A stretch of DNA of 64,000 nucleotides from an uncultured Chloroflexaceae bacterium. GTDB lineage: Bacteria > Chloroflexota > Chloroflexia > Chloroflexales > Chloroflexaceae. A model generated the notes under the pieces. It did not search any database. It worked only from the letters and a program-made list of their open reading frames with translations, and was not told the DNA's origin. Where the stretch lies: assembly GCA_964592425.1 (NCBI GenBank), contig CAZQCG010000004.1, forward strand, positions 74,257-138,256. Reading direction: 5' to 3'. The number at the start of each line of letters is the position of its first letter. Position 1 is the stretch's first letter. Shown one piece after another: positions 1-8,814 of this stretch. A program made the translations under genes and the position numbers.

Positions 1-313
1 AGAGCTGGAGCATCCCGATGCCATAGGGGCCGTCACGCACCACCGTCGGCGGCACCAGGCCAAAGCCCAGACTCTCCGAGATCAGGTAGGCCGCCACCTC
101 ACGCCGGTACAACGTCCCACGGGGAAAGTCCCACAATGGACGCTCACCGCGCCGTGGTTTATAGATCGCCAGGAGCTCATGATCCTCGTGCGTCACCCTG
201 GTCAGCAAGGTGTAGTTGCTGCTGTAGGGCATAGCCGCCTCGAGCGTGATCTGACCACGTGCCAGAATCTCCAGCACCCGTGCCACACCGATCGTTTGCG
301 GTGGCTCATCCAT
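1..313 (-). CDS. SCO1664-family protein (PI3/4-kinase-like), partial, runs off the left edge
   Basis: Not in the ORF track. Hand translation from ATG 313 gives MDEPPQTIGVARVLEILARG...SSNYT...IYKPRRGERPLWDFPRGTLYRREVAAY...LVPPTVRDGPYGIG, typical SCO1664 motifs; usual neighbour of DUF3090. Confidence 0.88.
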   Translation of the reverse strand, partial: MDEPPQTIGVARVLEILARGQITLEAAMPYSSNYTLLTRVTHEDHELLAIYKPRRGERPLWDFPRGTLYRREVAAYLISESLGFGLVPPTVVRDGPYGIGMLQL

Positions 314-323
314 ACCAGCATCC

Positions 324-430
324 TACAACGGTTCTCAGAAAGGTTGAGCCGACCTGCGCACAATGGATGGCACCAGACACGGCAAGCCCCAGCCCCTAAC
401 CCCCAACCCCAGCGCGAAGCGCTCTAGGCT
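324..430. repeat. Dispersed ~108 bp MITE-like element, copy 1
   Basis: About 85% identical by hand alignment to 49822-49930; imperfect terminal inverted repeats bounded by TA. Confidence 0.8.
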
Positions 431-951
431 GGCACAGGGCCGTGGCCATTGCGCTGCGGGCAGAAGTGACCAGCCGGATCGATCGGGCGTCCGCAATTTC
501 CACAGATCGGGCGACCTGCGGCCACGACCTGCTGAGCGTGACTGGACAGGGCACGCATCTGCGGTCGCGAGGCCGAGAAACGCGCACTCTGCACCTCCTC
601 TCCCTCCGTATCGCTCATGCCCTGGATCAGCAGCACCACCAGATCACGCTCGGCATCATAGCCCAGGCCCATCTGGCCGACGCGGAACTCCGGCTCCAGC
701 GGCTCTTCCAGGCTCATATCGGCCACAAAGAGATCATCCGACGTGCTCAGGCGCGGGTTCTTCTCAGCCAGGCTATCGAGCAAGCGCTCGATCGCATCAG
801 CGAGCGCCCGTATCTGCTCCTTCTCGGCCAGCAAGGTAAGCACGCGCCGCCCACGGCGTGCCTGCAAAAAGAAGGCCCGCTGACCCTTCGGCCCAACCGC
901 GCCGGCCGTAATCCGCTGTACCGAGTCGAGATCGAAGGTGAACTCAGACAT
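424..951 (-). CDS. DUF3090-family protein
   Basis: MSEFTFDLD...ITAGAVGPKGQRAFFLQA...EKEQ...P.CG.CG.PIDP.GHFCP; AGGAG RBS before ATG 951 (the track start at 1074 is too long). Confidence 0.9.
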   Translation of the reverse strand: MSEFTFDLDSVQRITAGAVGPKGQRAFFLQARRGRRVLTLLAEKEQIRALADAIERLLDSLAEKNPRLSTSDDLFVADMSLEEPLEPEFRVGQMGLGYDAERDLVVLLIQGMSDTEGEEVQSARFSASRPQMRALSSHAQQVVAAGRPICGNCGRPIDPAGHFCPQRNGHGPVPA

Positions 952-955
952 GCTC

Positions 956-1699
956 CTACTCTGGCTGGGGCGCAGCATGCTGCGCCCCCTCAGGGGCTGG
1001 CTCCGCACTGGGTGATCGCTGGCCGTCTGTCTCTGTCTCAGCAAGCGGCCCCTCGCTGGCTGGTTGCGCCTCAACTGCTGCTTCGGGTCGCGGGCGCAAA
1101 TGCTCTAGCGAACCAAGATCGTTCAAGGCTAGCAACCGCGGACCCATCCGCTCAAAGGCAATTGCCGTCAACGAGCACGGGTTGATCACCAGCCGCTGGA
1201 AGAGATCGATATGCATGCCGACATAATAGGCCACGGCCAGCTTGATAATATCGGCATGCGAGACGACTGCGACCGTCTGCTTTGGGTGCATATCACGCAG
1301 CCGATCAAGGGCCTGCACCATACGTACCTGGGCTTCGCCCAGAGTCTCGCCATTGGGAAAACGGGTGCCACTCGGGTAGAACTGGACGCCCGGCCAGAGA
1401 TCGTGCTTGTAGAGCTCTTTCAGTTCGGCACCTTGCCATTCGCCATAGCGTACCTCGCCGATCTGCTCATTCAATCTGAGCGGCAGGGCTCGCGGCTGGG
1501 CAATTGCTGTTGCCGTCTCGACACAGCGCTCGAGCGGGCTGGAATAGAGCGCAGCAATTGGCAGATCACCCAGGCGCGCACTCAACGCCGCCGCCTGCGC
1601 CCGGCCCTCCTCATTCAGATGCACCCCCGGCGTCCATCCTGCCAGCCGCCCGTGAACCCAGTCATTGATGCCATGGCGAATCAGCAAGAGCAGGGTCAC
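956..1699 (-). CDS. MSMEG_4193-family histidine phosphatase / putative phosphomutase
   Basis: LLIRHG and VSHAD histidine-phosphatase motifs; AGGAG RBS; first gene of the conserved trio with DUF3090 and SCO1664. Confidence 0.9.
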   Translation of the reverse strand: MTLLLLIRHGINDWVHGRLAGWTPGVHLNEEGRAQAAALSARLGDLPIAALYSSPLERCVETATAIAQPRALPLRLNEQIGEVRYGEWQGAELKELYKHDLWPGVQFYPSGTRFPNGETLGEAQVRMVQALDRLRDMHPKQTVAVVSHADIIKLAVAYYVGMHIDLFQRLVINPCSLTAIAFERMGPRLLALNDLGSLEHLRPRPEAAVEAQPASEGPLAETETDGQRSPSAEPAPEGAQHAAPQPE

Positions 1700-1775
1700 G
1701 TAACACTCCTTCGGCTCGCGCAGGTTTCAGCCTCTATCATACCACAAACCACCCTCCATAGCCTGAAAACGAGGG

Positions 1776-3566
1776 CTATCCAGCTACCTGTTGTTCGGCA
1801 AACTGTAGCTGATAGAGCCGGTAGTAGTATCCACGTCGGGCCAGCAACTCCTCATGGCTGCCATCCTCGACCACCCGCCCCTGGTGCAGCACGATGATCC
1901 GGTCAACATGGCGAATCGTACTCAAACGATGGGCAATGATAATGCTGGTACGGCCACGCAACAGCCGGGCCAGCGCCTCCTGGATCAGCGCTTCAGTCGC
2001 GGTATCAACACTGCTGGTCGCCTCGTCCAGAATCAGCAAGATCGCAGGGTTGAAGGCCAGGGCCCGGGCGAAGGCCAACAGCTGGCGCTGGCCCAATGAG
2101 AGATTCGCACCACGCTCACGCACCTCATGCGCATAGCCGCCCGGTAGCCGCTCGATAAAGCTAGCCGCATTAACCAGTTCGGCCGCCCAACGCATCTGGG
2201 CATCATCAATCGCCGTGTTATGCAGGCGAATGTTACTGGCGATTGTCCCTGAAAAGCAGACCGGATCCTGCGGCACAGCGGCAATATGGCGGCGCAGTTC
2301 ATGCTGCCGTAAACGACGCAGATCGACCCCATCAAGGGTGATCGTGCCCTGCTGCACATCGTAGAAACGCGCCAGCAGCCCCACCAGGCTACTCTTGCCA
2401 GCCCCGGTTGCCCCCACGATCGCCACCGCCTGACCCGCCGGGATATGCAACGAAATGCCCTTCAGCACCGGCTCGTCAGGGCTGTAGCCAAAGACCACTC
2501 CTTGCAGATCGATCGTTCCACGCACTGGCGTTGGTAGGCTCAGCGGCTGCTCCGGGTCACGCACCTCCTCCTGTGTATCAAGGATCTGCACAATTCGCTC
2601 GGCGGCGGCCATCGCCGCCTGCAAGATCGTGTAACGCTCGGCCAGGTTACGGATCGGCTCGAAGGCCCGCTGGGTGTACTGCACAAAAGCCACCAGCATA
2701 CCCAGCGAGGCCCAGCCCGCCAGCACGCCCTGGCCACCCCACCAGAGCAAGGCCGCTGTGCCAATAGCCGCCATCAGCTGCACCATCGGCATAAAAGTGG
2801 CGAAAATGCGCAGCGCACCAAGGTTGGCCTCTAGATACTCGGCGCTCAACGCGGCAAAATGGGTCCGACTCTGTGCCTCACGCCCAAAAAGCTGCGTCAC
2901 CAGCACCCCACTGATCTGCTCGTTCAGAAAGGCATTGATCCGTGCCAGGCGCTGACGCACCAGGCGGTAGGTTGCCCGCATCAGCCGCTGGAAGAAGGCC
3001 ACAATCAAAGCCAACACTGGTAGCGTCACCAGGCTCACCAGCGCCAGACGCCAGTTGAGGAAGAACATCATCCCCACAATGCTCACCAGGGTCACCAGGT
3101 CGGCGAGGATTAAGACCAGACCCTGGGTCAAAAACTCATTCAGCGCATCAACATCATTGGTAATGCGCGTCAGCAGACGCCCCACCGGGTTACGGTCGTG
3201 AAAGCTCAGGCTCAACTGCTGGATATGGCGAAAAAGATAGAGGCGCAGATCCATCATCACCGTCTGGCCGACACTATTGATGATGTAGGTATGGCTATAA
3301 CGCAGGGCGAAGGTGGCCAGCAGCAGTCCGGCATACGTGGCAAAGATCGGCCAGAGCCCATCCGTCTCACCGACACTGATCGGCCCATCAATCGCCCGTT
3401 GCACAAGCAGCGGTGGCCCCAACTCGGCCAGGGCTGCCCCAACCAGCAGCAGCACCGCCAGACCCAGCCGCTGCCAGTAGGGCCGCACAAAGACGGCCAT
3501 GCGCCGCATCAGGCGCCCGTCATAGGCTTTACCCAGAATGGTATCGTCCTCAAAGCCGCGGCTCAT
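1776..3566 (-). CDS. ABC exporter, TMD+NBD subunit (heterodimeric multidrug type)
   Basis: GATGAGKS Walker A, LSLGQ signature, ILDE Walker B, AHR switch; N-terminal TM domain. Confidence 0.92.
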   Translation of the reverse strand: MSRGFEDDTILGKAYDGRLMRRMAVFVRPYWQRLGLAVLLLVGAALAELGPPLLVQRAIDGPISVGETDGLWPIFATYAGLLLATFALRYSHTYIINSVGQTVMMDLRLYLFRHIQQLSLSFHDRNPVGRLLTRITNDVDALNEFLTQGLVLILADLVTLVSIVGMMFFLNWRLALVSLVTLPVLALIVAFFQRLMRATYRLVRQRLARINAFLNEQISGVLVTQLFGREAQSRTHFAALSAEYLEANLGALRIFATFMPMVQLMAAIGTAALLWWGGQGVLAGWASLGMLVAFVQYTQRAFEPIRNLAERYTILQAAMAAAERIVQILDTQEEVRDPEQPLSLPTPVRGTIDLQGVVFGYSPDEPVLKGISLHIPAGQAVAIVGATGAGKSSLVGLLARFYDVQQGTITLDGVDLRRLRQHELRRHIAAVPQDPVCFSGTIASNIRLHNTAIDDAQMRWAAELVNAASFIERLPGGYAHEVRERGANLSLGQRQLLAFARALAFNPAILLILDEATSSVDTATEALIQEALARLLRGRTSIIIAHRLSTIRHVDRIIVLHQGRVVEDGSHEELLARRGYYYRLYQLQFAEQQVAG

Positions 3567-5374
3567 GGCTCCTCCCCCAGTTCAGCAGCGATCAACTCGC
3601 GCCGATACATCGCCGCGTAGCGCCCACCTGAGTTGACCAGGACGTTATGGCTACCCTGCTCAACAATCCGTCCCTCATCCAGGACAATGATCTGGTCGGC
3701 CTCACGCACCGAAGCAATGCGCTGGGCGATCATAATGCTGGTGCGTCCACGCAACACCTCACGCAGCCCGGCCAGGATCTGCGCCGCGGTATGCGTATCG
3801 ACACTGCTCAAAGCATCGTCCAGAACCAGCACCACCGGGTCGCGCAATACCGCCCGGGCAATGGCCACCCGCTGCTTCTGCCCGCCCGAAAGGGTCACAC
3901 CACGCTCGCCAACCAGCGTATCCAACCCGGCAGGGAACTGGCCCAGATCGTTCGAGAGCCGCGAAACGGTTACAGCATGGGCCAGGCGTGCCTCATGTTC
4001 GGCCTCGTCAAGCTGCTCGTCCACGCCAAAGCTGACATTCTCGCGTAGCGGCACACTGAAGAGGAAGGTCTCCTGAGGCACATAGCCCACCGCCCGGCGC
4101 AGGTCTTGCAGCTTCAGCCGCCGTAGATCAATGCCATCAAGCAATACTGCGCCCTGGTCGGGATCACGCACCCGCGCCAGCAGGTTGACCAGGGTTGTCT
4201 TGCCCACCCCGGTCGCCCCCACAATCGCCAGCGAGCTACCGGCGGGCACCCGGAAGGAGATGTCTTGCAAGAGCCAGGCCCCTGGGGATCGCTCGGTGGG
4301 CAGGGCCACCTGAAGTGGGCGATCAGTACGCTCATCGGCATAGCGTATGCTCACATGACACAGCTCAACCTCGCCGCGTGGGGTGGGCAAGGCCAGCGCA
4401 TCAGGAGGGCTGGTGATCGCTGGCTCGCGCCGCAGCACCTCAAGCAGCCGGCCCATCGAAGCGGCCGCCTGCTGGTAGAGCGAGACCATCCAACCAAGCA
4501 TGATCATCGGGAAGCTCAGCAGGCCCAGGTAGGCGTTAAACTGCACCAGCTCACCGACCGTCAATGCACCAGCCGCCACCAGGCGCCCACCGATCAGCAG
4601 CACCAGAGCCGCCACCACCCCCAGGCAGAGCGACATCGCTGGCCAGAGCGCACCGCTGAGCAGCACATAACGCAGGCTCAGCTGGCGGTAGCGCCCATTA
4701 TCAGCCCCAAAGACCGCTAGCTCGGCCTCTTCCTGGGCATAAGCCTTGATCGTGCGGATGCCGGAGAAATTCTCCTGCACCCGGGTCGAGATCGCCCCAA
4801 ACTGATCCTGCACCCTGGTATAGGTACTACGCATGCGCGTACCAACCAGGACAAAGACCAGCGTCGCAATCGGCATCAGCAGCATCACCACCAGGGCCAG
4901 GGTGACATGCATCGACAGCATCAGGCCAGCGGCAACCCCAAAGGTCAGCAGGGCCGTAGCAGTACCGTTCAGACCCGGGCCAAGCAACTGGCGCACCGCA
5001 CTGAGGTCGTTCGTAGCGCGGGCCATCAGATCGCCCGTATGGTTCACCCCAAAGAAGCCCTGGTCAAGGCTCACATACCGCTTAAAGAGCTCGGCGCGCA
5101 GGTCATACTCAACCTGATAGGCCGTACCACCGATCAGCATACGCTGGATAAACTTGAAGATACCCTCAGCAAGCGCAGCAACCAGCAACATCGCGCTAAA
5201 ACGCAGCAGCGTGGCGGGCAACAGATGGCCCTGGTTCAACTCATCAACCGCCAGACGCAACAGATAAGGGCCAGCGGTACTCACCGAGGCCCCCAGGACA
5301 GCGCAGAGCAAGCCGGCGAGCAGCGCGGCGCGGTAGCGGGCCAGATAGGGCAGTAGGTAACGCAGGTGAACCAT
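3563..5374 (-). CDS. ABC exporter, TMD+NBD subunit with degenerate catalytic residues
   Basis: GATGVGKT, LSGGQ, Walker B VLDD, switch AQR; 4-nt overlap with partner gene. Confidence 0.92.
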   Translation of the reverse strand: MVHLRYLLPYLARYRAALLAGLLCAVLGASVSTAGPYLLRLAVDELNQGHLLPATLLRFSAMLLVAALAEGIFKFIQRMLIGGTAYQVEYDLRAELFKRYVSLDQGFFGVNHTGDLMARATNDLSAVRQLLGPGLNGTATALLTFGVAAGLMLSMHVTLALVVMLLMPIATLVFVLVGTRMRSTYTRVQDQFGAISTRVQENFSGIRTIKAYAQEEAELAVFGADNGRYRQLSLRYVLLSGALWPAMSLCLGVVAALVLLIGGRLVAAGALTVGELVQFNAYLGLLSFPMIMLGWMVSLYQQAAASMGRLLEVLRREPAITSPPDALALPTPRGEVELCHVSIRYADERTDRPLQVALPTERSPGAWLLQDISFRVPAGSSLAIVGATGVGKTTLVNLLARVRDPDQGAVLLDGIDLRRLKLQDLRRAVGYVPQETFLFSVPLRENVSFGVDEQLDEAEHEARLAHAVTVSRLSNDLGQFPAGLDTLVGERGVTLSGGQKQRVAIARAVLRDPVVLVLDDALSSVDTHTAAQILAGLREVLRGRTSIMIAQRIASVREADQIIVLDEGRIVEQGSHNVLVNSGGRYAAMYRRELIAAELGEEP

Positions 5375-5481
5375 AACGGCTCCAACAAGGTTTCAGACCA
5401 GGCGAAGAGTGAGTATAGCACTCAGAGACACCATCCAAACAATCTGGCCACAGAATCGTCCTTTTGCTTAAAAGCAACGGA

Positions 5482-5510
5482 TTGACAATTTTCCTTGACT
5501 CCTATATAAT
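5482..5510 (+). promoter_or_regulatory. Consensus sigma70-type promoter of pufBA
   Basis: TTGACA (5482-5487), 17 nt spacer, TATAAT (5505-5510); TTGCT-N4-AGCAA palindrome at 5464-5477 just upstream. Confidence 0.85.
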
Positions 5511-5657
5511 TTGGGCCAGGTTTAGGACGCTTCACTCTTCATCCCAGGTTTACCACTTCCGTCCGGTCACGGATATGGTGCGACGATGACAGCCAGGCGC
5601 GCTGGTCGTACCAGGTGGTTAGCGCCCGTGGTTTCCGCCTGTTAAGGAGGTTCGCCC

Positions 5658-5828
5658 ATGCGCGACGACGACGATCTGGTTCCCCCGAAGTGGCGGTCGC
5701 TGTTCAACAACCAGGACTGGCTGATGCACGACATTATGGTCAAGTCGTTCTGGGCCTTCGGTGTGATTGCTGCCATCGCCCACCTGCTGGTCTGGGTCTG
5801 GCGGCCCTGGTTGAGCCCCGTGATTTAA
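5658..5828 (+). CDS. pufB: B808-866 light-harvesting beta subunit (56 aa)
   Basis: Below the ORF-track cutoff. MRDDDDLVPPKWRSLFNNQDWLMHDIMVKSFWAFGVIAAIAHLLVWVWRPWLSPVI with BChl-binding His; AAGGAGG RBS. Confidence 0.95.
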   Translation: MRDDDDLVPPKWRSLFNNQDWLMHDIMVKSFWAFGVIAAIAHLLVWVWRPWLSPVI

Positions 5829-5915
5829 GAGCGGTCTGGTTTCAGGTGACATGCGACAACATCCGACAACCGATCGCCGTAGCAGGCTCAGTCCTGGCAC
5901 CTCAAGGAGTTGACT

Positions 5916-6101
5916 ATGCAAGCTCGCAGTTCCGTCCGGACAAACATCGTAATCTTCACCATTCTCGGTTTTGTGGTCGCGTTACTCATTCACTTCATTG
6001 TGCTGAGCTCGACGCGCTACAACTGGCTCGACAACCTCACCCCCGCAGGTACGACGCCGGCGGCAATGATCAGCTTCTACCTGACCTTCCTCTTGGGCTA
6101 G
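5916..6101 (+). CDS. pufA: B808-866 light-harvesting alpha subunit
   Basis: [36 protein letters not shown], Chloroflexus-type alpha; AAGGAG RBS before ATG 5916. Confidence 0.95.
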   Translation: MQARSSVRTNIVIFTILGFVVALLIHFIVLSSTRYNWLDNLTPAGTTPAAMISFYLTFLLG

Positions 6102-6150
6102 CGCCGGCGGTGCCGTGGCGTCGCCGACAGTGGAAGCGTCGTGAACGGAA

Positions 6151-6185
6151 CAACAGCCGCCAGCAGACTCTGCTGGCGGCTGTTG
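6151..6185 (+). other. Perfect 16-bp stem-loop 3' of pufA
   Basis: CAACAGCCGCCAGCAG-act-CTGCTGGCGGCTGTTG; no U-tract follows. Confidence 0.8.
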
Positions 6186-6231
6186 ACATCAGGGCGTGTA
6201 GTATGCACCTCTTTTGCACATATAACAAAAT

Positions 6232-6260
6232 TTGACCTCATAAAACAACAGGTGTATACT
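6232..6260 (+). promoter_or_regulatory. Internal sigma70-type promoter for pufC
   Basis: TTGACC (6232-6237), 17 nt, TATACT (6255-6260) in an AT-rich patch. Confidence 0.7.
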
Positions 6261-6425
6261 TGGCAGCACAATGGAGGATCGCCGCACACGCCAGCCCCAG
6301 CCTCCTGACGCACCACGTCCGCCCTCACCACGCAATCGCGCTTCCCGCTCGCAGTGCTGCACGTCGGAGCCGATCCTCCACAGCGGCGCCGCCGGGCTCC
6401 TGACTCGGAGTTGAGGAGACCCCCT

Positions 6426-7679
6426 ATGCAATCGCCAACTCGTCCATCCGATCGACAGGCGGCGATCTTTGTCTCGGTGGCCGTCGGCATCGTCGTCGCG
6501 GTGATAACTACTGCCACCTTCTGGTGGATCTACAGCCTGGTACGCACCTCTGATGCGCCTGCCGTCGCCCTTGCCGAAGCTGCCATCGCCCCCTGGAGTC
6601 CCAGCGACGGCATTAAGGCAATCACCGCCGCCGCGCCGAATACGCCCACCGATGGCCGGGCCGTCTGGCTTGGTGAGGCCGCCTGGACAGAGGGTGTTCA
6701 GGCTGGCCAGGCCTGGGTTCAGACCAACCCCAATACGGTCAATGTCCAAGTGCTCGCCGGTATGACCTCGGCCCAGGTCTGGACCTACATGCAACAGTAC
6801 GTCTCAGGTGGTCTGGGCGTTGGCTGCCAGTATTGCCACAACATCAACAACTTTGCCGCCGATGACTATCCACAGAAGGTCGCCGCACGTAACATGCTCT
6901 ACCTGGTCAGCGATGTGAACACCCAGTTCGTCGTTGGCCTGCCCAACTGGCGCGGCAACTATGTCCAGTGCGCAACCTGCCACAATAACGCGCCGAAGAA
7001 TCTCGAGTCGGTGGCTCCGCAGTTCATCACGAGTGTGCCTGATATTCCGGTGGTGGTCGATCCGCTCGATGCGAACGGTGCGGCAATCACCGACCCGGCC
7101 CTCAAGCCCGAAGAGTTGCGCGGTCAGATCCGTCTGCAAGACGCCGTGCTCTGGTACATCTATAACTATCAGGTCTGGAAGCCCTTTGACCCGGCTGTCG
7201 CGGAGAGCGGGCGCGGTTCGTTGGCCCTGACCCTGGACGGCGGACGTACCCAGGAGCAAGTCACGATCAACCAGAACGTGATGAACAACAACGGTTGGGC
7301 GCTGGGCGTCGGCTGTGTCTTCTGCCACAACTCGCGCAACTTCATCGATTATGAACTGAACACTGCCAGTGGGATCACCAACCAGGTCTACGGCTACAAC
7401 AAGCTCAAGGCCCAGCGCATGCTGGAACTCACCACCTGGCTGGCTGAGAACTGGTCGACCTACGGTGCCATCCCGGTCGCGACCGTGCCCACCGCGCTCG
7501 AAGGTGGGGCCAGTCGCTTCTCCTACCGCACCCTCGGCGATGGGCAGACCTACAACTTGCCCGGCTGCTACACCTGCCACCGTGGGCTCAGTGTGCCGCG
7601 GGCATCAATCAACCAGAGCCTGATCGGTGAAGGTGACGCCGGTGTGGTAGTCCTCCCGCCGATCCTCCGCGGCCAGTAG
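6426..7679 (+). CDS. pufC: Reaction-centre tetraheme cytochrome c-554
   Basis: Four CxxCH motifs (CQYCH, CATCH, CVFCH, CYTCH), N-terminal TM anchor; GAGGAG RBS before ATG 6426. Confidence 0.96.
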   Translation: MQSPTRPSDRQAAIFVSVAVGIVVAVITTATFWWIYSLVRTSDAPAVALAEAAIAPWSPSDGIKAITAAAPNTPTDGRAVWLGEAAWTEGVQAGQAWVQTNPNTVNVQVLAGMTSAQVWTYMQQYVSGGLGVGCQYCHNINNFAADDYPQKVAARNMLYLVSDVNTQFVVGLPNWRGNYVQCATCHNNAPKNLESVAPQFITSVPDIPVVVDPLDANGAAITDPALKPEELRGQIRLQDAVLWYIYNYQVWKPFDPAVAESGRGSLALTLDGGRTQEQVTINQNVMNNNGWALGVGCVFCHNSRNFIDYELNTASGITNQVYGYNKLKAQRMLELTTWLAENWSTYGAIPVATVPTALEGGASRFSYRTLGDGQTYNLPGCYTCHRGLSVPRASINQSLIGEGDAGVVVLPPILRGQ

Positions 7680-7695
7680 GCGCAATATACGCAAG

Positions 7696-7726
7696 TCGGG
7701 GTGCAGGCTCGCTGGCTGCACCCCGA
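7696..7726 (+). other. 11-bp stem-loop between pufC and bchG
   Basis: TCGGGGTGCAG-9 nt-CTGCACCCCGA. Confidence 0.6.
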
Positions 7727-7753
7727 ACTCCGGCCCCTAGAATCGAGCCCTTA

Positions 7754-8698
7754 ATGCGTGACCTCCGCAATGGCCCCCGCGTCGCCTCAGCTCCACCTCC
7801 CAGCACCCGCCCCATCGCCCCGCCCGTAGCCGGTCTCCGTGGCATCCTTGGGCGCTCGGTCAGGCTGATGAAGCCAGTGACCTGGTTTGCGCCAGCCTGG
7901 GCTTTTCTCTGTGGCGCAGTGGCTAGCGGTATGCTCAACTGGCAGGTTGAGCCGCTCGGACGCCTGGCCCTTGGCATCCTGATGGCTGGCCCTATTCTCA
8001 CGGGCCTCTCGCAGGTGGTCAACGACTACTGCGACCGCGATGTCGATGCGATCAATGAGCCCCATCGACTCATCCCTTCCGGTCAGGTCTCACTGCGCCA
8101 TGTCTATCTACTGACGATTGTGCTCACCTTGTTCGGCACGAGCATCGCCCTGGTGCTCGGTGGCCAGGTGGCCCTCTTCGTCGGTCTTGGCCTGATCTGT
8201 GCCCTGGCCTACAGCCTCAAACCGATCCGCGCCAAGCGTAATGGCTGGTTCGGCAACGCCCTCGTCGCCATCTCCTACGAGGGCCTGGCCTGGATGGCTG
8301 GCCACGTTGCCTTTGCCCCGCTCACCAGTCAGAGCGTGATCATTGCCCTGCTCTATTCCTTCGGTGCCCATGGTATTATGACGGTGAACGATTTTAAGAG
8401 CATCAAGGGCGATACCGCGATGGGCATCCGCTCCATCCCGGTGCAGTATGGCAAAGTTACGGCCGCCCGTATGGTCGTGACAATTATGGGCGTGGCCCAG
8501 ATTGCCGTGATTGGCCTGCTCTTCTGGTGGGGCCACCCAATCGCCGCCGGGATCGTCACCCTCCTGCTCGCTGCTCAGAGCATTCCCAATGTGCGCTTTA
8601 TCCGCGACCCCGAACATAACGAGGTCTTCTTCAACGCCACGGCGATTATGCTCTATGTCTGGGGCATGCTTGTGGCCGCAATTGGCCTGGCTGCATAG
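7754..8698 (+). CDS. bchG: Bacteriochlorophyll synthase (UbiA family), probably the BChl a-specific copy
   Basis: LMKPVTWFAP, NDYCDRDVDAINEP.R, NDFKS..GD motifs; position after pufC. Confidence 0.93.
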   Translation: MRDLRNGPRVASAPPPSTRPIAPPVAGLRGILGRSVRLMKPVTWFAPAWAFLCGAVASGMLNWQVEPLGRLALGILMAGPILTGLSQVVNDYCDRDVDAINEPHRLIPSGQVSLRHVYLLTIVLTLFGTSIALVLGGQVALFVGLGLICALAYSLKPIRAKRNGWFGNALVAISYEGLAWMAGHVAFAPLTSQSVIIALLYSFGAHGIMTVNDFKSIKGDTAMGIRSIPVQYGKVTAARMVVTIMGVAQIAVIGLLFWWGHPIAAGIVTLLLAAQSIPNVRFIRDPEHNEVFFNATAIMLYVWGMLVAAIGLAA

Positions 8699-8718
8699 GC
8701 AAAAACGGATCCGGTACG

Positions 8719-8797
8719 CAGAGGGGCAAGGGCCGTCGCACAGGTTGAGCGCACCGCGCTGCTGTGCTGCTGCTCTTGCCCCCTCTGTGTTTTTGTT
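8719..8797 (+). terminator. Terminator-like stem-loop between bchG and bchP
   Basis: CAGAGGGGCAAGGGC pairs with GCTCTTGCCCCCTCTG, inner GCACAG/CTGTGC stem, followed by TGTTTTTGTTT. Confidence 0.45.
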
Positions 8798-8814
8798 TGC
8801 GACGAAAGGTTGGA

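Noticed and set aside
1776-5374. Degenerate ATPase site in the ABC pair
   Set aside because: Standard for heterodimeric exporters of the TM287/288 and BmrCD type.
6271-6414. 47-aa uORF ending at the pufC RBS; also a 26-aa uORF (47881-47801) overlapping the pufL start and a 20-aa ORF between pufB and pufA
   Set aside because: Arg/Pro-rich, no TM helix, weak or no SD; expected by chance and not credible extra RC-LH subunits without Ribo-seq.
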